From positions 246,153-310,152 of the forward strand of contig PCYM01000001.1 of NCBI GenBank assembly GCA_002774875.1: a stretch of 64,000 bases of DNA, given 5' to 3'. This stretch comes from Candidatus Uhrbacteria bacterium CG10_big_fil_rev_8_21_14_0_10_50_16. Its GTDB lineage: Bacteria > Patescibacteriota > Patescibacteriia > UBA9934 > UBA11717. The notes beneath the pieces were generated by a model that was not told where the DNA came from, made no database searches, and saw only the letters and a program-made list of their open reading frames with translations. The position numbers were made by a program, and so were the translations under genes. Below, piece after piece: positions 9,489-19,447 of the stretch. How positions within the stretch are numbered: position 1 is the stretch's first letter; each line of letters begins with the position of its first letter.

Positions 9489-11630
9489 CTACAACCGTTT
9501 TAATCGCAATGAATTGAGAAGTACCGAGATAGAGGAAAACGCCATAGCACCTGCTGCGATCATTGGATTCAACAATCCTAGCGCCGCCAACGGGATACCT
9601 AACACATTATACAGGAACGCCCAAAATAGATTCTGTTTTATGGCGTTGAACGTCTTGCGCGAGATATAAATAGCCTCAGGAATCTTAGTTGGCTCGCCAC
9701 CCACCAGCACAATTTGACCAGACTCAATGGCAATATCCGTGCCGGTTCCCATCGCAATGCCAAGGTCCGCCTGGGTAAGAGCTGGTGCATCATTGATTCC
9801 ATCACCCACAAATGCCACACGGTTGCCTTTAGCCTGCTCCTCTTTTACGAGTCGTAGTTTATCCTCCGGCATTACCTCTGCGTGCACGTCATCAATTCCA
9901 ACGGCGTTTGCAATTGCGCGTGCCGTTTGTGTATTGTCTCCCGTGAGCATAACGGTGCGTGCGCCCATGGCCTGCAATTTTTTGATTGCCTGTTCTGCCC
10001 CTGCCTTTACAGGATCTGCAATTGCTACAAATCCCATCAATACACCCGCTTTAGAGACAAACACGACGGTCTTTGCCTCATGCTGCAGCACCTCTACCTG
10101 TTTTGTGACTATTGAATCGATCGCCTCAACCACATACGTCGCACGGCCAACACGCACGGTTTCTCCGTTGATTTCACCTTGGATTCCCTTTCCTGTTTCC
10201 GTTTGGACATTTTGAACCGGTGGCAACCCAGCCGTCCCCGCGTGTCGCACGATTGCATCTGCCAACGGATGCTCCGATAGTTTCTCCACAGCCGCCGCCA
10301 ACAAAATAAGCTCAACGTCTGATCCTTTTAGAGCAACCACGTCTGTAACGGCAGGTTTTCCCATAGTAATGGTTCCCGTTTTATCCAACATCACCACGTC
10401 CACCACCTTTCCTCGCTCCAACGCCTCACCCGACTTAATAAAGATACCGCTCTTTGCCGCACGACCCGTCCCTACTAAAATCGCCGTCGGCGTCGCTAAC
10501 CCAAGCGCGCACGGACAGGCGATCACCAGAACCGCAACCGCCGGAATCAACGCTGTTTGCAGATCACCGCTGATCAAGTACCACACAACAAACGTCACAA
10601 GCGCAATGCCAATCACAATAGGCACAAACACACCCGAAATCTGGTCTGCCAGCTTCTGCATAGGGGCCTTTTGCGCTTGTGCATCTTTGACGAGTTGTAC
10701 GATTTGCGACAACACCGATTCCCCCGCCAGCTTAGTCATCTTCACGTGGAGCGGTCCTTTTTGATTCACCGTTGCACCATACACCTGTGCACCGATCGTT
10801 TTCTTAATAGGCACACTCTCTCCTGTCAGCATGGACTCATCTATGGTTGATGTCCCTTCCGTCACTTCTCCGTCCAACGGAATCTTCTCACCTGGTCGTA
10901 CTAATACCACATCGCCAATCGCCAGTGTCTCTACATCCACATCTCTAAACGACCCGTCCTTCAACACAAGATGCGCCTGTTTTGCCCCGAGTTCGAGTAG
11001 CTTTTGAATCGCCTCGCCTGCACGCCCCTTACTCAACGCTTCAAAATACCGACCAATCAAAATCAACGCCGCAATCACCGCCGCCGTTTCAAAGTAGGCT
11101 TCTCCACTTTGTGTAATGGACCACACACTGAATACGGTCGCCACTAATGTCCCCATGGAAATAAGTGTGTCCATGTTGGCACGGCCTTTTTTGAGTTGAT
11201 TCCACGCGGTCACATGAAACCCGAGCCCCGGCCAGAAAATCACCACCAGCGTAAGCACCGCCTGAATCGCCAGACTCGACGGAATCCCAAACACCGCACC
11301 TGGCAACGAAATCTTAAACATCGCCAACACAAACACTGGAAGCGCCAATATCACGGCCGTCAGTGCCTTCTTCTTTGCCGCAGCACCCGTCTCATGCATA
11401 TGCTCATGTCCTTCCATTCCCTCCATCTTCTCGTTACGTACCGTATATCCCTCTTTTTTTACAATCTCCTCTAGAGCAGCACGATCCAAATCCGTCTCAA
11501 CCACTGCCTCTTCCGTTGCATAGTTGACGTTGGCGTTCGTTACCTCTGGCAACGCCTTAAACGCCCCTTCAATATTGACCGCGCAACTCGCACAATGCAT
11601 TCCTTCTATCTTGAGCGTATGTTTTGTCAT
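9489..11630 (-). CDS. copA: copper-translocating P1B-type ATPase
   Basis: N-terminal HMA motif GMHCASC, membrane CPC motif, DKTGT phosphorylation site, GDGINDAP hinge. Confidence 0.85.
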   Translation of the reverse strand: MTKHTLKIEGMHCASCAVNIEGAFKALPEVTNANVNYATEEAVVETDLDRAALEEIVKKEGYTVRNEKMEGMEGHEHMHETGAAAKKKALTAVILALPVFVLAMFKISLPGAVFGIPSSLAIQAVLTLVVIFWPGLGFHVTAWNQLKKGRANMDTLISMGTLVATVFSVWSITQSGEAYFETAAVIAALILIGRYFEALSKGRAGEAIQKLLELGAKQAHLVLKDGSFRDVDVETLAIGDVVLVRPGEKIPLDGEVTEGTSTIDESMLTGESVPIKKTIGAQVYGATVNQKGPLHVKMTKLAGESVLSQIVQLVKDAQAQKAPMQKLADQISGVFVPIVIGIALVTFVVWYLISGDLQTALIPAVAVLVIACPCALGLATPTAILVGTGRAAKSGIFIKSGEALERGKVVDVVMLDKTGTITMGKPAVTDVVALKGSDVELILLAAAVEKLSEHPLADAIVRHAGTAGLPPVQNVQTETGKGIQGEINGETVRVGRATYVVEAIDSIVTKQVEVLQHEAKTVVFVSKAGVLMGFVAIADPVKAGAEQAIKKLQAMGARTVMLTGDNTQTARAIANAVGIDDVHAEVMPEDKLRLVKEEQAKGNRVAFVGDGINDAPALTQADLGIAMGTGTDIAIESGQIVLVGGEPTKIPEAIYISRKTFNAIKQNLFWAFLYNVLGIPLAALGLLNPMIAAGAMAFSSISVLLNSLRLKRL

Positions 11631-11638
11631 AGTTTAGG

Positions 11639-12973
11639 TTATGGTGTCACAATCATGGTTCCACGGATCATTCCCATGGAACAGCTAAACGTAAACGACC
11701 CTGTCTTTGTTGGTGTAAATTGTACCAGGTTTTGACCCGTTTTAATCCGCGTGTTCACGTTAAACGCTGGTAACACAAGTGTATCGGCACATCCAAGGAA
11801 GTCGGCACCCGTAATCTTCCAATCAACAGGAACTCCCTTCTTGACCGTAAGGATATTTGGCTCATATGATCCACGCGACGTCACCTCCATTGTGACTTCT
11901 TGTCGCGCACCATTTTGCACCGCCGCTTGCCCTGCCTCAACAGGCCCAACTGACAAATATTGATCCGTGTTAATGCCAAGCAACGTCATTCCGTTTGTAA
12001 TGTTGCTCATTCCAAGCACGAGCACCACCAACCCCGCTACTTGCACGGCACGCTTGAGCGTCGTGCCCTTTGCGTAGGCGGTCAGGCTCCCAATCCCGAG
12101 TAACACCGGTGCAGTTCCAAGTGCAAACAGTGCCATCACCACACCAGACATCAATGGATCCTGCAGAGAAAGTGCCAATAGCTGCATAGACTGTGTAAAT
12201 CCACAAGGCAAGAAAAACGTTGCCGCACCCAATACGAGCGGAGCCTTGGCGTCTTTTGACTCAGCGAGATCATGAATTTTGTGCGAGAGCCACTTAGGCA
12301 TGCCCACCACGGGCGTTGGAAATATTTCCATCAAGTTGATGCCAATCACCATCATCATCACCGCAACCACAATCAAGAACACTGCGTTTAACGTAATGTT
12401 GAGTTGTAGTGCTGATCCTACAAGTCCAATAAGAGCACCCAACACAAAGAACCCGCCAATACGCCCAATGTTAAACAGAATATGTGGCCGCATGCGTTCA
12501 AATGTAGTGAGACGCTCCTGCGTTTTTGCCACCGCGCTCGACACGGCTGCCACAAGGCCACCTACCACCGCCGTGCAAGAAGACACAGACGCAATCAACC
12601 CAATCACCAAAATCCCAAGCAAACTTGAAGGCTGCGCCGATGACGGACTAATCCGCAACAATCCTGTTGCATTCAAAACAAGATACAGCGCAATTGCCAA
12701 CACCACACCCGCACCCACGCGCTGCCATTTGATTTTTGGTTTTTGCAACCCGCCTTTCTGTTTCCCTCCAACGGTATAATCATGCTTTTGCAAAAGCGTG
12801 TTGAGCTCTCCATGCGAGAATTCCTTGTCTCCCTCCGTCTCAATCGTGAGTGTCTGTTTGTTGTGCGACACGTCCACTGTAAGGATCTCCGCTTGTTGAA
12901 TTAACTCGCGCTCAATCACCACTTCGCAGCTTTTACAGTGTGTTCCCTTTACGTAAAATTGTTGTTTCGCCAT
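11639..12973 (-). CDS. HMA-domain polytopic membrane protein with C-terminal cupredoxin-like domain
   Basis: N-terminal GTHCKSC metal-binding motif, about 8 TM helices, and a C-terminal beta-rich domain with Cys/Met/His residues. Lies 8 nt downstream of copA. Confidence 0.45.
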   Translation of the reverse strand: MAKQQFYVKGTHCKSCEVVIERELIQQAEILTVDVSHNKQTLTIETEGDKEFSHGELNTLLQKHDYTVGGKQKGGLQKPKIKWQRVGAGVVLAIALYLVLNATGLLRISPSSAQPSSLLGILVIGLIASVSSCTAVVGGLVAAVSSAVAKTQERLTTFERMRPHILFNIGRIGGFFVLGALIGLVGSALQLNITLNAVFLIVVAVMMMVIGINLMEIFPTPVVGMPKWLSHKIHDLAESKDAKAPLVLGAATFFLPCGFTQSMQLLALSLQDPLMSGVVMALFALGTAPVLLGIGSLTAYAKGTTLKRAVQVAGLVVLVLGMSNITNGMTLLGINTDQYLSVGPVEAGQAAVQNGARQEVTMEVTSRGSYEPNILTVKKGVPVDWKITGADFLGCADTLVLPAFNVNTRIKTGQNLVQFTPTKTGSFTFSCSMGMIRGTMIVTP

Positions 12974-13022
12974 AGAAAAATAAAAAAGAATAAGACGTCT
13001 TCATCACGCACGATGAGATGTT

Positions 13023-13406
13023 TTATTCCCTTGCTTGCGTGGAGAGATGTTTAGATCTCCACACATGATGACTACGTAAAAATATTTTTCTATAAAGTGT
13101 CTGTCTGCGGTCAAATCTTGCGTACGCAGTAACAGGTAATAACGATACGTACGTTGATTCAAACGACGTCGATATTGCCTCCACTTTATGATGAATTGTT
13201 TGTTGTAAACAATGCTCCAAACAAGGCTCTGGATTTGCACAGGAGTCGTTGCAGACAGATTGATCGCTTGTCTGCACGGCCAGGTGCTGATCCATGTCCA
13301 CATCCATGGCCATCGCCGCATGCGACACGGGAAGCAAACCCAAAACGAGTGTCCCAATCCACAGGAGCACCCAGCGACTAGACACCCTTTTGAGATGTTT
13401 CTGCAT
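13023..13406 (-). CDS. secreted Met/His/Cys-rich small protein (possible periplasmic metal-binding protein)
   Basis: Signal peptide followed by HAAMAMDVDMDQH and Cys-containing motifs. Sits next to the copper cluster. Confidence 0.35.
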   Translation of the reverse strand: MQKHLKRVSSRWVLLWIGTLVLGLLPVSHAAMAMDVDMDQHLAVQTSDQSVCNDSCANPEPCLEHCLQQTIHHKVEAISTSFESTYVSLLPVTAYARFDRRQTLYRKIFLRSHHVWRSKHLSTQARE

Positions 13407-13439
13407 AACAAGATTCTATCACATCCCGTAAACAAGAGG

Positions 13440-14630
13440 CTATACCCGCGTTTTTATCCGCGTTTTACCAACCATAAGAGCCAATAAGGCGATCACAATT
13501 GTACTCGTCCCCGCAAGCACAAAACTCACATGAAACACATTCGTGAGCAGCGCCAACAGGCCAAAGAGCACAGCTTGGGACCCCATATTAAACAGGTTGC
13601 GATACATGGACGCCGAGAGCGAATCCACTTTCTCCCCACGCTCGTAGATATTGCTGTCCGTTGGGATGAGGATCATCACCGCAAAGAGACCTACAAGGAA
13701 AATGCTTCCATAATAGAAGAATGATGAGGCGAGCACGAGTCGTAACAACCAAACAAGTGCAATCATCACGCCGCCGACCGTGACTGCCCGCAAACGATGT
13801 TGCTCTTTGATTCTCCCGGCGAAAAACGTAAAGATAATCGTGGTAATGGAGGCGATGATCGGAATGATTGCCACAGACTCCACCGAGGCAAACAACGTAA
13901 AAATAAACATCGGCCAAATAATCTCCTCAGCAGCACCATGCACCCCATAGAGACTCATGGTCACATAGTCTCTTAGCCCATGTCTCCTTTCAAAAAATTG
14001 CTTAAACGTAGGCTGCGGCGTAGACGGCTTGTCTGGCAAGTCTTTTGCACGCAAGAGCGGTAAGACGGAGAGGGCTAAGAAAACGGTACTTGTAATAATC
14101 AACGCTTGTTGATGGAAGAATATGAGAATCCCGGCTCCAAACGCTGGCGCCAAAAGACCACCAAATTGTCGTACCACACTCAGCGAGCTCGTATCTTTAG
14201 AGGTTTTACCACGCTTTTTGCTGCTCTCCATAAACAAAAAGATGTGAGCCACCCAGTAGAGCGCATCGTAGACTGCGGAAAAGAAGGCCAACAAAATGAG
14301 TAGCGGCCAGTCCCCAACCCCTAACGCAAACAATACACCAAAAAAGAGGATTGACGACAACGTGCTTATAGCTATTGTCAGCCGCGCCCCCCAACGTCGT
14401 GTGCTCCAACGCGCAATAAAGTTGAGTGGGATATCAAATGCACAGTAGATAAAGTAGTACAACATCACCCGCTCCACACCATAACCCAACTGCAACAAAA
14501 AGATGGGAATAAAGACGGAGATCAGAGCGCGACCAAACACATGGATCCAAACGGAAAGTTCAAACAAGTGAAAGTCCGAGTGGAGCGCACGGTGTTTTGT
14601 GAGCGCGTGATAATGACGATAGAGCTGCAT
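13440..14630 (-). CDS. MFS-type transporter
   Basis: About 12 predicted TM helices in a 6+6 layout with a central cytoplasmic loop. Start chosen at MQLYRHY. Confidence 0.5.
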   Translation of the reverse strand: MQLYRHYHALTKHRALHSDFHLFELSVWIHVFGRALISVFIPIFLLQLGYGVERVMLYYFIYCAFDIPLNFIARWSTRRWGARLTIAISTLSSILFFGVLFALGVGDWPLLILLAFFSAVYDALYWVAHIFLFMESSKKRGKTSKDTSSLSVVRQFGGLLAPAFGAGILIFFHQQALIITSTVFLALSVLPLLRAKDLPDKPSTPQPTFKQFFERRHGLRDYVTMSLYGVHGAAEEIIWPMFIFTLFASVESVAIIPIIASITTIIFTFFAGRIKEQHRLRAVTVGGVMIALVWLLRLVLASSFFYYGSIFLVGLFAVMILIPTDSNIYERGEKVDSLSASMYRNLFNMGSQAVLFGLLALLTNVFHVSFVLAGTSTIVIALLALMVGKTRIKTRV

Positions 14631-14692
14631 AGTGCCTACAGTATAGCAAATGTAAACGCCCGCAGGTGGCGGGCGTAGAAGCGTTGTTGATC

Positions 14693-15070
14693 CTAGGCTG
14701 CGTTGGCAGCCAACTTGGGGCACGAGAAGATGAGATCCGCGAGTTCAATTGAGGTGAGCCCGGTGGCCTCCAGCCAAACGGGAAACTCGTCCGTCACACC
14801 TTCCACCCGCCGGGAACGTGTGTCGATGCCATCCCAGTCCATGACCCTATGGAGCATCAGCCCCGCCTCAGGCGCGAATGGTCCCGTAACGAATCCCACG
14901 CAGAGCGTTCCGTTGGCAGTGCGGTCGTACACCAGAAACTTGGTGGTGTCTCTCGCTCGTGGACATACGTCCGTGATCTCCACCACGTACCAGCCCCTCG
15001 AGTAGCTCCTTACTTCACACAGCCTCTCACGCAAATCATCTCGAATTTGTGGCATTCTGCCTCCCATCAC
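14693..15070 (-). CDS. hypothetical protein in a GC-rich patch
   Basis: 125 aa ORF with locally elevated GC. No recognisable family. Confidence 0.3.
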   Translation of the reverse strand: MMGGRMPQIRDDLRERLCEVRSYSRGWYVVEITDVCPRARDTTKFLVYDRTANGTLCVGFVTGPFAPEAGLMLHRVMDWDGIDTRSRRVEGVTDEFPVWLEATGLTSIELADLIFSCPKLAANAA

Positions 15071-15296
15071 AAGCGTTATAATCCTCTTTTTCCGTTACGT
15101 CAATAGGTCGCTCGACACCTCGCTCCTGTGGATTCGGTTCCAACTTCTCCTTGAGCTCCCTTCGCTCGCGGACCAGTCGATCAAATTCCTTCGCTCGGGC
15201 GTGCTGTTCCCAGCTTTCTCGTCCGGAAGCAATCGCACACAGCATCAGCAACAGAAGAGCCAACAGCCAAACCATGCCCCTCCAGGACCGCTTCAT
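15036..15296 (-). CDS. small membrane-anchored coiled-coil protein in a GC-rich patch
   Basis: 86 aa with an N-terminal hydrophobic helix and a charged tail. Overlaps the downstream ORF by 35 nt. Confidence 0.3.
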   Translation of the reverse strand: MKRSWRGMVWLLALLLLMLCAIASGRESWEQHARAKEFDRLVRERRELKEKLEPNPQERGVERPIDVTEKEDYNACDGRQNATNSR

Positions 15297-15380
15297 TTCC
15301 GCGCCTCCTCAACATCTAGCACCCGCGCCAGATAAAAAGAAACTACTCCTCGATTCTATTAACGTCAATATACAGACCAA

Positions 15381-16049
15381 CTATTCCACTTCGCCGCCGA
15401 TCTCAATCGTATCACCCAAAAACTTGGGCTGTGTGTGCAACAGGACATCCAAAAGAACCTTAACGCGCGCCAAACGCTCACGTAACCAAATACGGGGGCT
15501 CCGTGCCACAGAAACATCCTGTACGTTATAGGCAATCGCCTCAATCCCGTTGGTCTGCGCAATATAGAGTGCGCGTTGATTTTGAAATGCCTGCGAGACA
15601 ATCACAAAATTATTTTCTAAAAACACCTTGTTGGCCCGCACGACGGAGTCCCAGGTTCTAAATCCGGCGTAGTCCAAGTAGATGCGATCGGAGGGGATTC
15701 CTCGATCCAGCAGATCTGTCTGCATCATCTTTGGCTCTGAGTATTGCAGAGTTCCGTTGTCTCCGCTAATGAGGATGTAGTCGACCTTCCCCGCCTCAAA
15801 TAGTTCCACGGCGGCGTTCATACGATACGTGTAAAACAGGTTATCGCGACCGTCTGGGACATACTTACTCGTGCCAAGCAACAGCGCGGTTTTCGTATGA
15901 GGCATCTCCGCAATGCTTGTATAAGCATGACCTTCTGCGGCTTTATTAACCACAAAATCCGCATAACCTATGAGCAGAAATGCCGCAAGCCCCGCTACAA
16001 TTAACAGCGGAAGAACAAGGGATCTATTGTTTTTTACGTGCGTGTTCAT
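15381..16049 (-). CDS. SanA/YdcF (DUF218) family protein
   Basis: N-terminal TM followed by a DUF218-like core (LLLGTSKY...ILISGDNG...YLDYAGFRTWDS). Confidence 0.65.
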   Translation of the reverse strand: MNTHVKNNRSLVLPLLIVAGLAAFLLIGYADFVVNKAAEGHAYTSIAEMPHTKTALLLGTSKYVPDGRDNLFYTYRMNAAVELFEAGKVDYILISGDNGTLQYSEPKMMQTDLLDRGIPSDRIYLDYAGFRTWDSVVRANKVFLENNFVIVSQAFQNQRALYIAQTNGIEAIAYNVQDVSVARSPRIWLRERLARVKVLLDVLLHTQPKFLGDTIEIGGEVE

Positions 16050-16198
16050 TCAGGCAATAGTAGCACAGATCCCGCAAGTAGGCGGCTTCGTGTTTAATTA
16101 ACCGACTGTCATTTCATTCATTGGCAACTATTTGATCAAAACGCTGACGTGCACTCGAGTCATTGTCACGTATTTCTTCCCATGGTACAAAGTGTTTC

Positions 16199-16864
16199 AT
16201 GAAACACTTTGCAATCATCATTGACGGCAACCGCCGATGGGCACGCGAACGCGGTCTGCCAACGTTGGAGGGACACCGACGCGGATATGAAAACGTCAAA
16301 ATCATCGGCCAGGCGGCCTTGGAGAGAGGTATTGAACACCTCACCATCTATGCGTTCTCCACAGAGAACTGGAAGCGCTCAGAAGAAGAAGTGGGCTATT
16401 TGATGGACCTTTTGTTGCGTGTGCTCACAGCGGATCGTCAATTTTTTATTAATCAAGGCGCACGAGTCCGCGTTATTGGACGTCGAGAAGGGTTGAACAA
16501 TAAAATTATTCAGGCAATACAAGAGACAGAGGCAGCAACGGCAGGTGGAACGCGAGGGCAAATCAATCTCTGTATTAACTACGGTGGGCGTGCAGAGATT
16601 GTGGATGCGGTGAATCAACTCTTTGCGGCAGGCCAAGAGGTCACCGAGGAGACAATCAACACGACCATTTGGATGCAAGGAGTCCCAGAACCAGACATAA
16701 TTGTACGCACCAGCGGTGAGCAACGGCTGTCTGGATTTCTTACATGGAGTGGCGTGTATAGCGAGCTCAAATTCATAGAAAAAAACTGGCCAGATTTTAC
16801 CGAAGCAGACCTGGACGATTGTCTGGCCGATTATGATCATCGGCAGAGGAGGTTTGGACAATAA
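16199..16864 (+). CDS. uppS: undecaprenyl diphosphate synthase (isoprenyl transferase)
   Basis: HFAIIIDGNRRWA, EGHRRGY and YAFSTENWKR are canonical cis-prenyltransferase motifs. Confidence 0.85.
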   Translation: MKHFAIIIDGNRRWARERGLPTLEGHRRGYENVKIIGQAALERGIEHLTIYAFSTENWKRSEEEVGYLMDLLLRVLTADRQFFINQGARVRVIGRREGLNNKIIQAIQETEAATAGGTRGQINLCINYGGRAEIVDAVNQLFAAGQEVTEETINTTIWMQGVPEPDIIVRTSGEQRLSGFLTWSGVYSELKFIEKNWPDFTEADLDDCLADYDHRQRRFGQ

Positions 16865-17066
16865 ACCACCCATCTGGGTGGTTTTTATGCAGCAATATTT
16901 TTCTCTAACACGTCCACGCGTATCTCCAGCCGATCAGACCTGGAACGGCTCACTGCAAGTTCTGCATTGTAAACTTTTTGACGGCCGGCCAATCCGTCGA
17001 TGTGCACAAACACCCCGGCCCCGTGGGCTCTTTTTCGATAATAAAATGGAGGCGGAGACTGACAAC

Positions 17067-17930
17067 CTATGCAGCGGCCTCATTCTGCGCCGCAGACGTC
17101 TGTGCCTCTTCCTTTGCGGTCACAACCTCTTTGTAATTTTTTAACTTCTCTTGCAACGGGATCAGCATCTCACTGATCAGTCTGTTTCCTTGTTCCCCTT
17201 GAGAAACAGCCCGCGCAGCCAGACCATCCACACCTTCATTCTTAAGAATATCCGGCTTTTCCCTATAGGAAACTTGTCCATCCAATACCTGAAACTTCTG
17301 TACAAGCTCTTCCCCCCTCTTCTTTTCCGATAAAAAGACATCGAGCTGATTCGAAAGCCGGTCGACTAATTTTAACGCCTGTTCTCCTGGCATGTTTGTA
17401 ATTGCGTCAGTGACGTCAAATTTAGGTAAGGACCCACCATTTTTATCCTTTGCCCATCCCTTTTTTGCATAACCAAGCTGATCTCGAATCATACGGTTTA
17501 AAGATGGGAGTTCGTCAATGCCATCACGGTCTTTAATTTGAGATGCAAGCGAATCAAATAATGACGGGTTTAGCTCACGTAATACGTCGGAAATAATTTC
17601 CAGCTCAGCCCCCAACATCTCAACACTTCTACCGTTTGGATCTACGAGTTCATTAAGCTCAAGCCCGGCCTTCTGGACACCTTCTCGATCGAGATTTGCT
17701 AGTTCTGGATATCGTTCTGCAAGTTCACTAGGACTAAGTGCCTCCGTTGCCGTCTCATAGATATCCTTGAGTTTCTCATCGGCGCTTGTGAGTGACTCCA
17801 TCTCTGGAGATTGGCTCAATAACTCCGCATTCTCCTTTATTCCCTGTTCCTCTTGAGAGACCTCCTCTAAGCCAAATCCACTCTCTGAGTTTGACGTTGA
17901 CATACTTCTTACATTAATTATTGATCCCAT
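17067..17930 (-). CDS. acidic hypothetical protein
   Basis: 287 aa, glutamate/serine-rich. No recognisable domain. Confidence 0.4.
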   Translation of the reverse strand: MGSIINVRSMSTSNSESGFGLEEVSQEEQGIKENAELLSQSPEMESLTSADEKLKDIYETATEALSPSELAERYPELANLDREGVQKAGLELNELVDPNGRSVEMLGAELEIISDVLRELNPSLFDSLASQIKDRDGIDELPSLNRMIRDQLGYAKKGWAKDKNGGSLPKFDVTDAITNMPGEQALKLVDRLSNQLDVFLSEKKRGEELVQKFQVLDGQVSYREKPDILKNEGVDGLAARAVSQGEQGNRLISEMLIPLQEKLKNYKEVVTAKEEAQTSAAQNEAAA

Positions 17931-18071
17931 TATAACAAAATTAACGTTTTTATTCTTCTTCGACCACTGTGCATTGCATTATTAACGTCAATTTATTACT
18001 TTCTGCTCTTATTTGAATAAATTAAGCAGGTGGTAACCTGGATGTCTTTCCAAAGGTGCAAAATGAGAGGA

Positions 18072-18092
18072 GGTGGATAAAGGGGACAGGCA
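18072..18092. repeat. 21-nt motif GTGCCTGTCCCCTTTATCCAC (inverted copy), copy 1 of 3
   Basis: Reverse complement of the motif at 61696-61716. A near-identical copy lies at 62748-62767. Confidence 0.6.
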
Positions 18093-18130
18093 CACGTATC
18101 CACACATGTATTTCTGCTTTCGCAGCACAA

Positions 18131-18160
18131 CAAAAAAACAAGCCTTTCAGCTTGTTTTTC
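18131..18160 (-). terminator. hairpin plus T-run immediately 3' of the displaced tRNA-Thr 3' fragment
   Basis: ACAAGC-CTTTCA-GCTTGT hairpin with a flanking A/T run. Consistent with the original chromosomal tRNA terminator. Confidence 0.45.
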
Positions 18161-18163
18161 TCA

Positions 18164-18208
18164 TGGAGCCACGATCGGGAATCGAACCCGAGACCTCATC
18201 CTTACCAT
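18164..18208 (-). repeat. attR-like partial tRNA-Thr(GGU) copy (tRNA positions 32-76, intron-less)
   Basis: 45 nt identical, apart from one T-loop base, to the 3' part of the tRNA gene at 26306-26345, and extending through an uninterrupted ATGGTAA anticodon loop. Confidence 0.7.
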
Positions 18209-18413
18209 GAAGTTCCCATAGAAGATAATGGAGAAGAGACACTGTTTACGGAGTAAAACCACGATTTTTATCTCTAGTACCTGTCTTCTATGTAGACCAC
18301 TTTATTACCTGCAACAATAGCTCTGTTGAAAGGTTCTGATGTTCGTAATAATGTGTTAATTTTGGTAAATTGTATAGGTATTATATAGTAAAAAATTGTA
18401 TTACTCAAGCTTT

Positions 18414-18911
18414 TTACAAATTATATTTATGTAAAAATGAATCGGTTATTTCTTCCCCAAGCGTTATTCCCAGTATGGTCTTTGTATCATCTGGAGTATC
18501 TGTAGATCTTCGTGCTCGTACTTTAAGCTGGTCTAATTCTCTCATTCCATTTTCTGGTAAACGTGCCATTTTTGCAAAACTTTCGCGGCCACCTCGTCGC
18601 TTTTTCTGTATATCTTCGACACTTAAAATTTCGACACGCTTTACATCTATATACGTTGTCGTTTTCGGAAAATGTCGTGTCTGTACATCACACCATTCTT
18701 TTGGTTCAACAATTTTCGTCGTCCACCTTTTGCAGGAGCTTCCCCGTGAGGTAAGTACAATAAACGGGAAGATAGCTAACTCATCAGCTATCACCGTATT
18801 GGCTAGTTTGTATTTTACCTTCACATCACCCGTGCTTTCTTCCCTTGAGAACTCATCACGATATACCCAGCCACGCTCAACAATATTGGCCATGAGTATG
18901 GAGAGTTGCAT
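18414..18911 (-). CDS. hypothetical protein downstream of the Panacea-domain gene (candidate toxin partner)
   Basis: 165 aa ORF starting 5 nt after the upstream gene. No recognisable family. Confidence 0.35.
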   Translation of the reverse strand: MQLSILMANIVERGWVYRDEFSREESTGDVKVKYKLANTVIADELAIFPFIVLTSRGSSCKRWTTKIVEPKEWCDVQTRHFPKTTTYIDVKRVEILSVEDIQKKRRGGRESFAKMARLPENGMRELDQLKVRARRSTDTPDDTKTILGITLGEEITDSFLHKYNL

Positions 18912-18916
18912 GCTAT

Positions 18917-19393
18917 CTACGCTTCAAGATTAAGAACCTCGTTGATGTGTTCATTACCACCAAGAGTTGCACCCAAAGCTTGCATAGGTGCAGTCTTGTA
19001 CGCAATGTCTGTTAGAGCCTTTGCACCGTAACCCTTTAGTGACTCCATGATTTCGTTGAACATAGCTTCCTGGACTTCCGTAATAGAAAAATCGGTATCA
19101 GTAGGTTCTTCGTTAAAATTATATACAATGTATTCCTTCCCGTCAGAAGTATATTCCGTCGTCGCAATGGCGACACCGTCGTCTATCAAAGCCTTCAAAT
19201 CATGATATATCGCTTCGTCAAATGGACCATAGGTATAGCGTCGATACACATAGCCAAAATAAACATCCTGTTCTTTTTTTCTAGCAATGAGATCCAGAAG
19301 GTACGCTAACTTCATCAAAACCGTTACCGTGGGTCGCTCGTGTCTTTGAATTAGTTGAGCGATTAATTTTTGGCGGTTTGATAATTCTGGCAT
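18917..19393 (-). CDS. Panacea/SocA-like (DUF4065) antitoxin-type protein
   Basis: LMKLAYLLDL...YTYGPFDEAIYHDL resembles the Panacea domain core. Called from memory of the family, not from a search. Confidence 0.45.
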   Translation of the reverse strand: MPELSNRQKLIAQLIQRHERPTVTVLMKLAYLLDLIARKKEQDVYFGYVYRRYTYGPFDEAIYHDLKALIDDGVAIATTEYTSDGKEYIVYNFNEEPTDTDFSITEVQEAMFNEIMESLKGYGAKALTDIAYKTAPMQALGATLGGNEHINEVLNLEA

Positions 19394-19447
19394 ATAAACA
19401 AAGTTTACACGAACACTGAGAGCCAGTAAACGTGAGGTATGGATAAG

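Noticed and set aside
9727-10215. 162-aa plus-strand ORF inside copA
   Set aside because: It lies entirely within the well-supported copA frame on the opposite strand.
18370-18933. 187-aa plus-strand ORF opposite the 165-aa island gene
   Set aside because: Its sequence is low-complexity Ser/Phe/Leu-rich. The minus-strand ORF forms a tight operon with the Panacea-like gene and integrase.
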